Positions 37,773-50,259 are shown, counted from the stretch's first letter. The stretch is 64,000 nucleotides of DNA from Eukaryota sp. GEM-RC1 (GCA_040285855.1 JAUFOQ010000001.1:1736001-1800000), one strand, 5' to 3'. Numbers and translations: made by a program. The notes: generated by a model not told the origin, from the sequence alone.

Positions 37773-38289
37773 TTATCGTTGTGATGTTCTAATAAAGGCG
37801 GTAATCTCATTGCCATCACGCCAAACGTCACAGGGATGGGTCTTCTCCTTAGTATCTACAATTCTACAAAGGAAATCGCTTGGCCAGCTAAGGTAACCAT
37901 CTTCGTCTGCCATAATATCAATAATGATCCACTCCTTCGGATTTCCAAACATTGCTGTGATGAGGGCATAACGTAACAACAAACTGTGAGTGGTCCAAAT
38001 TAACCGTTCATGACTCCGTTGACGAGGAGTGACGTATATTACCATATACCAAAAGTGATAGGTCCCAGTGGTTCCGTAAGGAATGTTGTCAGGTGAACCA
38101 CCTTGCCAAGCGTCTTGGATTAAAGAGAAGATCTGTACATACATCCAACACCACCAATGACTTTTGATTCAAGGAAGTGAAAATCATACCATGAATTGGG
38201 ATTCACCACTTAAAGGTATATGTCGGAGCGTTGGCCAATACAAGCGTAAGGATCAATCCAAAGAAGAACAGTACGAAAGGTCGATTCAT
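37773..38289 (-). CDS. Hypothetical secreted protein
   Basis: Signal-peptide-like MNRPFVLFFFGLILTLVLA; 29-nt intron 38114-38142; one G missing near 38205. Confidence 0.6.
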
Positions 38290-38832
38290 CGCGGATCTGA
38301 ACAAGTTGTGGAAGAAGTTTTGAGGTGTTGAAAAGTTTTTATGTTTGTTATTTTTAAATTCTACACATCTAGTAGATCGATCGATCCAAAAAACTCTCAC
38401 ATTAACACTCTACGATACCAAAAACCAAGCTGACCTCGCATTGATGAAATTAGACTCCTAAAGACGTTTCAAAACCAAATTGTTACTCTTTGACAGAATA
38501 TCTGACATCGATTATGAACTAACAACTCTAGTTTGAGCTCCTTGGAATGACCAACCACGACTACATTTATACTACGAGAAGTTTCAATTCAAAAAATGAC
38601 CGTACGACAGATGTTGATGTTTCTTATCAGCTCCATCGAAACTGGTTTCTCTGCTGGTTGTTCTCTCAATCACTAGACTGGAACAGTCTCTCCAAATCCA
38701 GTGTTACCGCTTATAATGAGTCTATTGTACAATGTGAATGATCAATACGGTACAATTGACATTATTAGTATAACCTGTTGATAGCTATAGTAGTACATCA
38801 AGATTCACATATTCTTTTCCTTCATTAACTTT

Positions 38833-40317
38833 ATGTCAGTGTCGCTTCCCCCAACAGAAACGCTTTCCATCATCCTAGATGAACCTTCCTTATGTAATCA
38901 AACCATTACATTTGGTGAAGACTCAATGGAAGTGAACAGATTCATCCTTGCTGCCCACTCTACATACTTTCAATCTCTTTGGTTCATGAAGGTTGGTGGT
39001 AGCGAGGAAGAACTAATTGACTTCTCCCATCTCCCTGTCAGACCGGATAACTTCTTTCGCTTCATCAAGTCCTTCTTCGGAATATCATTTACTCTTAATG
39101 AGAGCAATTCGTGTGAATTCTACTATCTTGTCCACTACTTCCAAGTGGACAAACTGATTGTACAGGTGGAAAACCAGATCAAACCTCATTTCGTGACCTG
39201 GGCTTGGTTAAAACCATTCATTAAAGAAGCAGATCAAGGAAATGACTTGCAAGCTCTGGAATTTGCCGGTCCTTTCTTTTCCAAGGTTTCTGACCTTGTG
39301 GTTGATGACGTGATGGCTATCACTACTGAGGGATTACTAACCCTCTCCAAGTATTGCACGTCTACTCAATCACAGTCATGGTTTATTAAATCAATGGTGG
39401 TATCATTATTTGATCAAAATTTTGATTTAACTGAGTTTTTAAATATTTTAAATTCTTGTTCAATTGAAGCTCTTTCTTTTCAACAATGGGATGAGTTTCT
39501 ATTTGTTCCTTTAAAAGATGTTGCAGAATTGGAAGCCGATTTGATGGAGTTTTTGTTTACAAGAGTTAAGAATCTTTATTTTGATTCTACAGGGAAGAAA
39601 AAATCCCACTCAAAACCACAAAATTCTGGAGTCAGATCCAAATTTTCTCCAAAGTCAGACTCTGACTCGAATGTTCTTACTGCTGACCTGGCCATCGAAA
39701 GTCAAAGTTTTTCTACAGAATTTTCCACTTTTAAAGCAGATATTTCTCAATTTGATACACAATTTTCTGATATTCAAGGAGAAATTGAAACATCAGAACC
39801 TCAACCTACAACAACTGCAATCATTCCACAATCAAATGTGATTAGATTCTCACAAATCGCAAAACATTGCCAAATGGAAGTGAGTGATGACCAAAAAACT
39901 GTTTTTGTTGTCGGAAGTGATGATATCGAAGTAAGAAACATCTTGGGAGATTATCCACTTCTTCCTGGTCATGATTACACTTGGAAGTTGAGGTACCAGG
40001 GGAATACTGACATGCTTTTTGTTGGAGTTATTGACGAGTCAGAGTTTAGTGCTGATGGGTATTGTTCTATGAATGCTCACTGTTTCGTGAATCATGGATC
40101 TTCTGCTTATGGTTGTCTCTCAGGAAGTAGAGCTAAGTGGAATCTTGGTGAATTACTCGAAATCAATGCAAATCTAATTGATTTTACTTTAACCATCAAA
40201 TCTGTAAGTGATTCTTCAATTAATCTTACTGGAACTCTTCCCATATTAAGTATTGGTAATTATTATCCATTTGCCTTTTTATATTGTGGTAATCATGTAC
40301 TAGAAATTGTTGAATAA
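38833..40317 (+). CDS. BTB/POZ + SPRY-like protein (intact)
   Basis: VNRFILAAHSTYFQSLW BTB motif; C-terminal ILGDYPLLPG..TWKLRYQG..VGVIDES..YYPFAFL. Confidence 0.92.
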   Translation: MSVSLPPTETLSIILDEPSLCNQTITFGEDSMEVNRFILAAHSTYFQSLWFMKVGGSEEELIDFSHLPVRPDNFFRFIKSFFGISFTLNESNSCEFYYLVHYFQVDKLIVQVENQIKPHFVTWAWLKPFIKEADQGNDLQALEFAGPFFSKVSDLVVDDVMAITTEGLLTLSKYCTSTQSQSWFIKSMVVSLFDQNFDLTEFLNILNSCSIEALSFQQWDEFLFVPLKDVAELEADLMEFLFTRVKNLYFDSTGKKKSHSKPQNSGVRSKFSPKSDSDSNVLTADLAIESQSFSTEFSTFKADISQFDTQFSDIQGEIETSEPQPTTTAIIPQSNVIRFSQIAKHCQMEVSDDQKTVFVVGSDDIEVRNILGDYPLLPGHDYTWKLRYQGNTDMLFVGVIDESEFSADGYCSMNAHCFVNHGSSAYGCLSGSRAKWNLGELLEINANLIDFTLTIKSVSDSSINLTGTLPILSIGNYYPFAFLYCGNHVLEIVE

Positions 40318-40618
40318 AGTTGAAAACATTGTTGCTGTGGGTACTCGTATTTAAAGTAGTGACTCTTCATGTAGTTCATTTTTGAATTGAACTAGACGTC
40401 AACTACAATGTTCTAGAGACCTTTGTTGGTCATAACAGTACTGGACTGGAACTAAGAACTCTGCTTTGTGATACTTCAGTATATCTCAAAGTGCAAACAC
40501 AAAAGCAGACTACATGTACGGGTTTCTAGCTATTTTAATTGTTCTATATCAAAAATGTTATAGAAGAATATTACACACGGCTAGAAACACTTAAGATTGA
40601 TTTGCTTTGATTTGGTGC

Positions 40619-41382
40619 CAGGAATGTGTATCGATAAAATCTTATTGTTCGACAACGATATATCTAGTTATCGATATCTTATCGACCCGACAATTCTGAA
40701 GGATATATTTATCGACTGTCTCCAACAATATTGCGATAAATAAGATAAATTTTTGGAGACAAAATAGACAATTGCCCTGGTTTCAATTCTCAAAAACATG
40801 GATTCAAAATTGTAGTAAGGACTGATAAATGATGTTGGAGAAAATGTTTGTTGCTACACAATTACAGGTGAATCTAACTATCTCAATCTGGATTGGATAC
40901 CCGCCACAAGTTGTGAGGGTGGAACGCTTGTTCAGCGCTGCTAAGAAAACCTATGGTACCACACGTCCAAACCTAACTCCTGCTTCTCTTGAGAAACAAC
41001 TTTTTCTCATGTACTGGGATTACGAAACCATTCAGCGAGTAGTATCAGGGAACGATCTGGAAGAAACTGGTCTTGACAGCGACGATGACGAAGGATTGAA
41101 TGAAGATCATGTAGTACACATGGTTTGATTAATGAATACTGACATCATTTTTAAGCCTGATGGAATCCGTCCAATTGCAGTTGGAGAATCAATTTCTCGT
41201 TTATTCGCATCAATTGTAACATTCTTGCACATTTCTAATGTACGTCATTCAATTATCGAAGATATATTTATCGATTCATGGCTCAATAGTCGATAAATAA
41301 ATAAGATATTTTCCCGACAATATATTTATCGAAGTTGCCTAACAAAAAGATAAATAAAAGATATCGATAATACACATTCCTG
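40619..41382 (+). mobile_element. Non-autonomous hAT element with dimerization-domain relic
   Basis: TIR CAGGAATGTGTAT; perfect 8-bp TSD TTTGGTGC; VERLFSAAK..RPNLTPASLEKQLFL. Confidence 0.93.
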
Positions 41383-41439
41383 TTTGGTGCTGTATCGTTG
41401 CTATGTACAGTACTTGACTTTGTACAATAAAGTGTATAA

Positions 41440-42340
41440 CTTCAATAAAGAACAGTTTATTGATGGAGTGTACAAAAATACATATCATAATAGAAGCTAT
41501 GAAACACTAGACAGTGTCTAGTAGACACCGAAAATTCCTGGTCAAGAGTACCACAGTTTATATACAACTTTGTGAAAATTGATTTAAAAAACTTAGGCAC
41601 CAAACGGAACAAAGAAAAAATCAAACGTTTATGCCAAATTGATAAGTTAAATCTCTTATTCCGAGACTTACACATAGATCCAAAATCAGTTAAAAACTGA
41701 GAAGCCATTTCACCAATACTACCAAAAATATAAATAGCAAATGTAACAAATACATATTTTGAATATATTAATTTTGATTGAGTTTAGCAACATCTTTGGA
41801 ATACAAATCAATTTTACGTTTTTCAGCTGTTTCTAGGTGATTAAAACCTTTTGAATTCAAACCTTTAACATAAGTTTGAGCACATGGATCAACTGTTGTA
41901 ACATCAAGGATAATTAGACTAGAAGCAACAACATGACCATGTAAGTCACCCCGACGAGAATTATTATTTAACTCAAGACCCAACTTACTAAATAAAGGTT
42001 CAACTTTGGCATGAAATCCATGAGCCTTAAACATTTCAAATGTAACATCTCTTACAGCATTATGAACTGAACGAAATTGAATTAATTTGGGGTAATTAAT
42101 TACATGTCTAAAAATTGCAATGTGACGATGACTACATACACATTCAGAATTGTCCAGCAATTCTGCAGGAAACAAACCTAAACGCAATCGCATATTTAAT
42201 TTCCAAGCCTCATCAGACACATGCAAACCAAAAGGACGTGGTTGTTGAGTGATCAAACAAGTTGAATTCTTAATATCATTTTAGAAAGCAGCAAAAACGA
42301 CATTATTAATTTTAGTAACTCTAAAACGATTTTCAAAATC
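41440..42340 (-). mobile_element. CRE-like non-LTR retrotransposon 3' fragment
   Basis: NMRLRLGL..CVC..HVIN..HNAVRD..EP..RRGDL..LDVTTVDP..AEKRK RLE signature. Confidence 0.85.
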
Positions 42341-42659
42341 CAGGTTTTCGGGTGCCTTCAAAAGCTTATTTTAAAGTTAACTTCAATACTGTGACTCAGT
42401 TTCTCATGGTACACTAGTGACTCAAACCCACTTATTGATTGTAGGAGCTTCAGTATTGGGAGCATTCCGAGGCTACATAATTAGTGGACTTCAATTAGTC
42501 TGGTTCAGACTAAGTCCTATTTTGATCTGGTTCAAAAGGTATCGACTCCATCTCAAAGGTGTTATTAACAACACTAGCCTGGAATCGTTACTGTTGACAT
42601 TTCAAGTCTGAAAAATTGACATCATCCAGAAGACCATCTTTTTCAAAAACACAGTTCTT

Positions 42660-44841
42660 ATGCACAATCTCCCCACTCCAACGATTCTGTGTCAAAAACT
42701 CGACCAGTTCCGTGAATTTTCCTCTTTAACAGATGTCATCATCACCTATGTCGATCAAGAATTCCCTGTCCATAGAGCGATCGTCTCCCTCCACAGCTCC
42801 TTCCTTGATTCCTTACCCAGTCGTAGTAGATGCAGTGCTGTTTACGAAATCCCCAAAATCCCCACCGTCGGCGACTCTTTGGTCGATTCAGTTCTTCGGA
42901 CTTTCTATGGCAAACCTTTGACAATCAATACTTCAAACATCAGTCCCCTTATCATCCTTGCTTCTCATCTCAATTACCCCGCCTTATCCACGGCCTGTCA
43001 GTCTTGCCTCGTCAGTGGTTTGGCGACTGACTTTGTCTTCAAGCTGGACTCTTCCGATATTGTCCATAAGTTGAAGGAGAGTAGAACTTCTGACGTCATC
43101 ATTAAGTTCAAAAGTACTAAGATTCCGGCTCACTCAATGTTGCTCTGTTGTTGGTCTAAGTTCTTTGAGAATAGAATTATTGGACCATTGGCTGAGGACA
43201 ATGACGATGATTACGATTTTACTGAGAAGTTTGGTTTTTCTGATGAACTCTTTGAAAAGTTTTTTGCCGTATTCTATTGTCAGAACATCGACTTAAATAT
43301 CCGTAACTTTTTTGAATTTTTCCATCTCGCTGTCTACTTCCAAGTCGAATTCCTACAGAACATTTGCTTCGGTTTCCTATCTAATTACTCGTTGTCCATT
43401 GATGACGTCATCAATCTAATCAAAAAATCTGGTGACTTGAATGACTTTTACTTTGTCAATGAGTTCAAATACATCCTTAGTAAAGTTACCATTACCACTG
43501 ATTCAACTCCAATTAGATTACCACTCAGTTTTATCGTCAATCTGTTGGAACTTGAGGTTTTCAATAATCTTTATCTTTTGAAATGTGTAGTGGTTTCCTA
43601 TGACTTAGAATCCTCTGCACATGAAGAACTTATTTCAATTTTAAGGTACTTTTCCAATGGTGTCCCACTTGATCAAATATTTGAAATATTGGTTGATTTA
43701 TTTGATAATTCAGAGTGTACACATACCCTCTACGATTGGACTTTAGAGATCTTGAACTCTGATAAATCCACTAAATTACCTTGTAAATGGTTCTTTTTCT
43801 TGATAAAAACTGCAGATTTACTTGAAGATACCACAACAATGACAATTCTTTCCAGTTTATTTCCCAAGTTCTTACAGTCTACTCCAATTGAAAGTTTACC
43901 AGAACTTGTTTGTTCTCCAAAAACCTTCTGTCAATTATCCTCCAATGTTCTTTCTTCACATGTTTTGTGGTTTACTTCAAATTTAGTTAGTGCTTACAAC
44001 AATTCAAATTGGAACGTTGATGAATTTGAAAATTGTTTTTATTCTTTAGATTTTAGTTCTACTCCAATTAATCTACTTGTACAAGTTTTAGCTCCTTTAA
44101 AATCAGAAAAAGAATTAAGACGTTTTCTTTTGGAGTTCAACTCAGTTGTAATTGTTCCAAAATTAATTCAAATTTCAGAAGAACAACAAATAGAAATTTT
44201 GAATTTAAAAAGAACTATAAGTGATTCTTCTCGTTCACCTGCATTTAAAGTTAAAAAACTGGATGAATCATTTGAATCAGATATGTCAACAGCACTTACT
44301 CAACCAAGGCGAGAGTTACCACATGTAAAATGGAGTCAGGAAAGTCAATTACTTTCTCCGTCGAGAGCGATTCAATTCTCTCAAACTAGGGAAACATAAT
44401 GAGCTAAAAATTAGAAGGCATGGGAAGAGAGTTGAAGTTGTAAGAAGTGGTAATAAGTATAGAAATATCTTAGGGGAATATCCACTTCTTCCTGGTAATG
44501 TGTATACTTGGAAGTTGAGGTACCAGGGGACTACTAATAGTCTTGCTGTTGGTGTCATTCATGAGTCAAAGTTTAGTGTTGATGGTAGTTCTTTTGAGAA
44601 TGCTCACTGTTTTTTCAGTCATAACCCCGTGTGTGGTGGTCTCTTAGGAAACACTGATCAGTGGAATCCTGGTGAAGCACTCGAAATCAATGCAAATCTA
44701 AATGATCAGATCTTATCAATCAAATCCGTGAGTAATTCCTCAATTAATCTTACTGGAACTCTTCCCAGATTCAGTAGTGGTAATTATTATCTGTATGCCT
44801 TCTTATATTGGGCTGATCACGTGCTTGAAATTGGTGAATAA
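42660..44841 (+). CDS. Tandem BTB-BTB + SPRY-like protein
   Basis: Two BTB starts (FPVHRAIVSLHS; IPAHSMLLCCWSKFF); one extra G near 44390 separates the SPRY ORF 44500-44841. Confidence 0.85.
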
Positions 44842-44914
44842 AACTGATGACATTGTCATTGTTGCTATGTTTTTGTTCTTAAATAATTGATGATACTTCA
44901 TTTATGCATTCAAG

Positions 44915-45492
44915 CATACTTGGAAAATACAAACACATGTATTTTGTTGTATTTTGTATTTTGTATTTTTGAGTATTTGTATTTTTTGGCCGTTGTGATT
45001 TTCACCTGAGATCCTTAATTCACATTTTCACTCCAATTTTGGACCCAAATTTTACTGAACAGTTTCCTCAGAAGAAGGTGCGAGCTTAATTGATGAAAAT
45101 GATGAACTCCGTGATAGTACATTGATTCATGATTGTGTTGGTCCTTCAGCTGGCAAACTACGAAAATCTAAGAAAACCACTGCTCAACAGAAATCACGAA
45201 ATGTGCATTAACTTTAAGAGAATCGAATATTTATTGTATTATATACTTACCTTACTACATTGTAGTGGTGTTTTATAGACTTTAATCCAGAATTCAGTTT
45301 TGCGTATACAACTAAGTGAACAGAATGAACCAGCACCCAAAATACTAAGTTTAAATCAAAAAGTTTTCAGGGTGCAAGAATACACAAAATACAAAAACAA
45401 TCCAAATACAACAATGCAGATACATGTACTGTCTATTACATTGTTATGTTCTCATTTGTATTATGTTTTAGCCCATGTATTTTCCAAGTACG
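44915..45492. mobile_element. hAT-type MITE
   Basis: TIR C(A/G)TACTTGGAAAATAC; TSD CATTCAAG/AATTCAAG; GTATTT subterminal repeats. Confidence 0.75.
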
Positions 45493-46671
45493 AATTCAAG
45501 TACTCATCACCTGGCAGATACCTATTAAGATGGTCCTAATCAATACATACATAATTAATGAACAATTATTTTGATAGTGAGATTAAGAACGGTCTAGTGA
45601 AAAAGTATTTTTTTGTCCTGCTGGTGTTTTCATCCGTAATATATAATTCACCACTTTTCTGAGTTTTCTCACACCTTTTCACACACATAAAACCTCTTTA
45701 TTACGACCTTTGGAAGTCTTTTGATGGCCTCTATACATACTTCAGCATCTTTTACACTTCAGTAGATGATGTTGGTTACACTTTCAGCATCTTTTTTTTT
45801 CACATATGCGTGAAATTAGCTCATACCGGTGATTGATAATTTTATTATTATAGGTCACTTTTTAACTGAAGCAGAGAAATCCAAAATTTTGAAATGTGAA
45901 GCTGTGACGAAGAACATGAAACACATGAACCTTCCCAGTTGTGTGTCCATTTAAGTGTCTTCGTTTTTGTGCTGAAGGTTTGTTACTGCGCAATTTTACT
46001 TTTAAAAAAATGAGATAAGTGCTACAGTCTTCTTTGAAGGTTACAATAATTCTTTATTTTGTCTTTAATCGGAACATCGAAAATCACACTGAAAAATGTT
46101 AGCTGTATCAGTGTTCTAGATTGGTCAACATTGGATTAGTGCGTGACGTACCTTGGACAACCTTAGGGCAAGTAAACAAACACAAATAAATGTAATGGTG
46201 CTTGATCATCAAACAATGTCGAGTTGGATACACATCTGATTCTCCTTGATCCTTCAACCAAATTTATGGACGCTGTTGAATAGTACAATTTGGGTTAACA
46301 TTTCAGCATTTTTGTCAGTTTCAATAAAAGCGTTTTAAGAAAATACACATAATTCGAAAATATAGGATACAAATCATTGTTAGGGGATGCAGTGTATCTG
46401 TATTTCCTAGGTACGTGTATCATGTGACCACAACATGAAGTTCTTTGAGAACATCAGTCTATTACGTTGACTTTCCCTCATGATTCAACAATACTTGTAC
46501 TTTTCACAGTTCAATTCATGAAACAACTCTATCCATCAGGGACAAGTACTTGGATCCATCCCTCTCTTCTATTACATCTTTCTCACAATCTCACACCAAT
46601 ACAATCCAACACTCTCCGCTCCACCTTCATCATTCCTTCATCTTTCTTAGTACCTCCGTCTCCAACGACCT

Positions 46672-47823
46672 TTGTTGATTCTGATATGTCTTGATCTGCT
46701 GAAACGTCTCTCCGTGTCTTCTCTCATAGTAAATCATGACGACCCTCGTTGCTATCTCCGTAGTATGATACAGGAATTGCCTACCATCTTCAAAAACGTA
46801 GGCTATGTCAGCCACCACTTCTTTGAGACTGTTCTGCAGGCAGTCAATGTGTTTTTCCAAACAAACACGTTTCATATCATACCTCAAGATCTTGCTCAAC
46901 TCTGTTCGTTTGCTTCTCTTCTTGAATCCGAAGTTCATTCTGTTTTCTTACACGTCAACGAATCCTTTGAAGTAAAGGATTTCCTTAGTTGTTCCACTAT
47001 AATTACTGGTTTGAAATTGAATCTAGAACACGACAATGATTTAGAGTTTCTTAACAAATCTTCTCTTTTCTTTCCTCGTCTTGATCAACTTCAAGTTCGT
47101 GTTGATTCTTTCAATGACAGTGTGACACGTGTCGATCTGAGATCCAACTCTATTGGTTGTGTTGGTATTAGAGCATTGTCACAGTCATTGAAAGTCAATT
47201 CTACTGTAGAAAGTCTCAATCTGATGTACAATTATGTTAAAGATGATGGTGCTAGAGCTTGGGCAGATGCGTTGAAGGTCAATAGTTCAGTTACAAGTAT
47301 TGATCTGAGTGGTAACTTCATTGAAGGTGGAGGTGCTATTGCATTGGCCAACGTGTTAAAAGTGAATGTGACTGTTAAAAACATTAATCTAATGTCCAAT
47401 TTTATTGGACATGACGGTGCTGTGGCTTTGGCAGATATGTTGAAAGTCAATGCTTCTGTAACAAGTATTGATCTCAACGACAATTCTATTGGAGATGACG
47501 GTATTGTGGCTTTGGCAGATATGTTAAAACTTAGTTTTTCTGTAACAATTATTAATCTAAAGGACAACTCTATAGAAGCTGGAGGTGCAAGAGCTTTGGC
47601 TGATGCATTACAAGTCAATGTTACTGTCACAAACATTGACTTAGGTGAAAATAGTTTTGGAGATGAAGGTGCTGAAGCTTTGGCAGATATGTTGAACGTC
47701 AATTCTACCATAACAAGTCTTGATTTACGGGACTTCTCTATCGAAACTGCAGGTACTCTTGCTTTAAAAAGTGCCTTGAAAGTCAATAGCACAATCGAAA
47801 TATCAGGTGTAAGGTTTTCATAA
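46672..47823 (+). CDS. NLRC3-like LRR protein (start uncertain, possibly decayed)
   Basis: About eight 28-aa repeats LKVNxxVTxIDLxxNxIGxxGAxALAD. Confidence 0.8.
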   Translation: MLILICLDLLKRLSVSSLIVNHDDPRCYLRSMIQELPTIFKNVGYVSHHFFETVLQAVNVFFQTNTFHIIPQDLAQLCSFASLLESEVHSVFLHVNESFEVKDFLSCSTIITGLKLNLEHDNDLEFLNKSSLFFPRLDQLQVRVDSFNDSVTRVDLRSNSIGCVGIRALSQSLKVNSTVESLNLMYNYVKDDGARAWADALKVNSSVTSIDLSGNFIEGGGAIALANVLKVNVTVKNINLMSNFIGHDGAVALADMLKVNASVTSIDLNDNSIGDDGIVALADMLKLSFSVTIINLKDNSIEAGGARALADALQVNVTVTNIDLGENSFGDEGAEALADMLNVNSTITSLDLRDFSIETAGTLALKSALKVNSTIEISGVRFS

Positions 47824-48512
47824 TCATTACGTCTTCTTCACCTTTTTCTGGAATTATTGGTTCCTTAACTAGCAAACATACACATATTGAAGTTTCTCAC
47901 TGTGACGTGATAGTATTGTCGTTGATTGGACTAACAGTGGCTAGTGAGATTCACAGCCTTCTTTGTTGAATGAAAAACTATCATCAAACCTCAAAGAGAA
48001 ATCAGTCTATTCAGTTCAGATCACGTGTGTTTATGAGCTGATGGTGGGTTTGAAAGTTACGGTGACCCATCAACAACAATCTTGTATTATTATTTCAAGA
48101 CATAATTCTTGAAGTACCATCACCTTCTTGACATCACCCGTTTTTACCACTGTTTTTTTTTCCTTTTTTATTGAACTTGCGTTTGGAATTCTCTTTTGCT
48201 ATTACAAATCAGGCAAACTGCGATCTTGATTTTTTCCAGTTGAATCACTGAGTTTTGGTACGTTTACATGTCGTGATTCCATCCAGCGTAGGAAGAAAGT
48301 TCCTGTACTTGGAGTCTCTGCTTACGAATTGCTCAGTTACGGTTTTGAAGTCTGTGACTTGATTTCTAAAGCCACTGGTAACAAGGACTGAAAATCTACT
48401 GTTAAAATTCTTTTACTTTTTTTGGAGAGATGACAGTGCCTCCAGTGTATACATGTATAAAGAATAATTAGTTGATTCTCTAGTCATCGTTCGGGACTTT
48501 TTCTTAGAATTG

Positions 48513-49420
48513 TGTTGGTCGTTGTACACTAATATTGAACATTCTAGTCAGGAGAACCTTTATAAGGAGAAGTACCTCTATGATGTAAGGGAGAAGTTAG
48601 AATCGTATTTTGAAATTACTCAGTACTGTAAATCTCGTCGTCTTTTCTTCTGGTTGGATAAAGCATATAATTATAACAGTACTATTAAAACAAACTAGCG
48701 GTGTGGCTTCAAGTTCTCTCTCGTTGGCGTTGCTGGGCCTTCTATGCGGGGTCTAATTTGGTGTTATGTAAGTATAGTGTACACACCGAGAGATTTATAT
48801 CAAATGTATCCTACTAATGATATCTGTGACAGCAGTTCTAAAAACGGAATCAACAGTTAGCTCTTTGGTTGGCGGGACCGTCGGTCTTGGGATGCTCGTC
48901 TATCTGTTTCACGTGGTAAGTATAGTAGACGGTACTATTCTCAATGGAACGATCTTCCCAGGTGGTGGTACCGTCCAACAAGCGTACTAGGTACTTGGGG
49001 TCTTGTGGATCAGTGAAGTCGTGGTCAATAAGCTTGTCAATAACTACTTCTTCGGAGTCAGTAGCAGCGTAGGCTTGCAAAACATTGTCTGCGTGGTTAG
49101 TAATACATGTGATCTTATTACTGAGAATACAGTTCGAAGGATGAAAAGAGACAGACTCGACCAAATAAATGCCAGTCCATTTACCATGGGTTTTAGAAGG
49201 GTGTTCGCATAGCTTAAGGACAAAGTCACCAGATTCGTCAATAAGCTTGTTGTTGGTGGTGTTGTTTGTGGGAGAGAGACGTTTTCTTGAGATTGGAGGT
49301 CTGTTCCGCCTCTTTCCATTTGTTGAGAATGATAGAAGTCTTTTGCGTTAGTACATAAGAGTTAGGTTGGATGTGATTGTCATGGGCACATTCTTGTATA
49401 ACTTTCAAACTTTCGCAGGG
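48513..49420 (-). mobile_element. Decayed 3' end of a related Gypsy copy (integrase tail, chromodomain, PPT, LTR)
   Basis: NVLQAYAATDSEEVVIDKLIDH..DPKYLVR nearly identical to the first element; LTR homology 48513-48640. Confidence 0.9.
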
Positions 49421-49426
49421 CTAAAG

Positions 49427-50255
49427 CAGGGTTGCGATACCATTGGGCTGGGCTTGACTGTGATGTGACTTATTTGGACAGCTGTTATAAAGTACTGGCC
49501 CATGTAAGACACCATTAGTATATTAAATAAATACTGGCCTTGTGGGATGGTCCAATCATCACCCACCAATGTACACCCAGTTGTTTCAATAGTGTCTAGA
49601 AAGAGAGGTCTGCTCTAATAATTCCTGATGAATTACTGGGCTCTCAGTGTACTTCAGAGTTTTAGCTGTAGTAGGTTTGTATTGACCATCAGTAGCAATC
49701 TTCATAGTGAAGTTGAATGACCTTGACTCAACCAAATTAACACTAAGGAACTTCTATGCTATCAAAAGAGAGACTGACTAAATCACCCACTTTTTACACA
49801 ACTTTACTTATCAGTTTTCTATCAACTAATCCTCTTCAGTGTTACTATTGAAGAAGTATTACATCCTAGTTTTTTGGAGTATCCTTCTTCTGTAGTATCC
49901 TTAAATGGTTTAAGAAGTTGGATTAAGTTTCGAATAGTGAAAAGAGAAGCTGAATCGATACGAAGGTAACTATATCCATTTTCTTGTGAACGAAATTGTT
50001 CGATTGAAAATGTCTGTTCAGCATAGTTTTTCAGAATCATCATGATGATCAACGTACTGTTCCAGCGTGTTTTGACATCCAAAGGAATTGTTTTTGGGGT
50101 AGCAATTCCGTTTCTTTTACAAAATTCTACATAAGTCTGCTTAAACAAAGAGGAAGTATGTATCAAAAACAAAAATTCCTTACAATTTGAATACGTTCTT
50201 CTAAAATTTTGTGGGCTTTTCCTACAACAATGTTCAAGAAATGAGCAATACAACG
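49427..50255 (-). mobile_element. Truncated hAT transposon relic
   Basis: IPLDVKTRWNST..LLKPFKDTT transposase motif; CAGGGTTG terminus at 49427. Confidence 0.8.
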
Positions 50256-50259
50256 TCTT

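Noticed and set aside
5434..44841. Diversity-generating retroelement behind SPRY variability
   Set aside because: No template/variable repeat pair or DGR-type RT; variation includes indels and does not look adenine-restricted
32294..47792. Long antisense ORFs (32294-32662, 32960-33244, 36298-36732, 47232-47792)
   Set aside because: Shadows of kinase and LRR genes on the opposite strand
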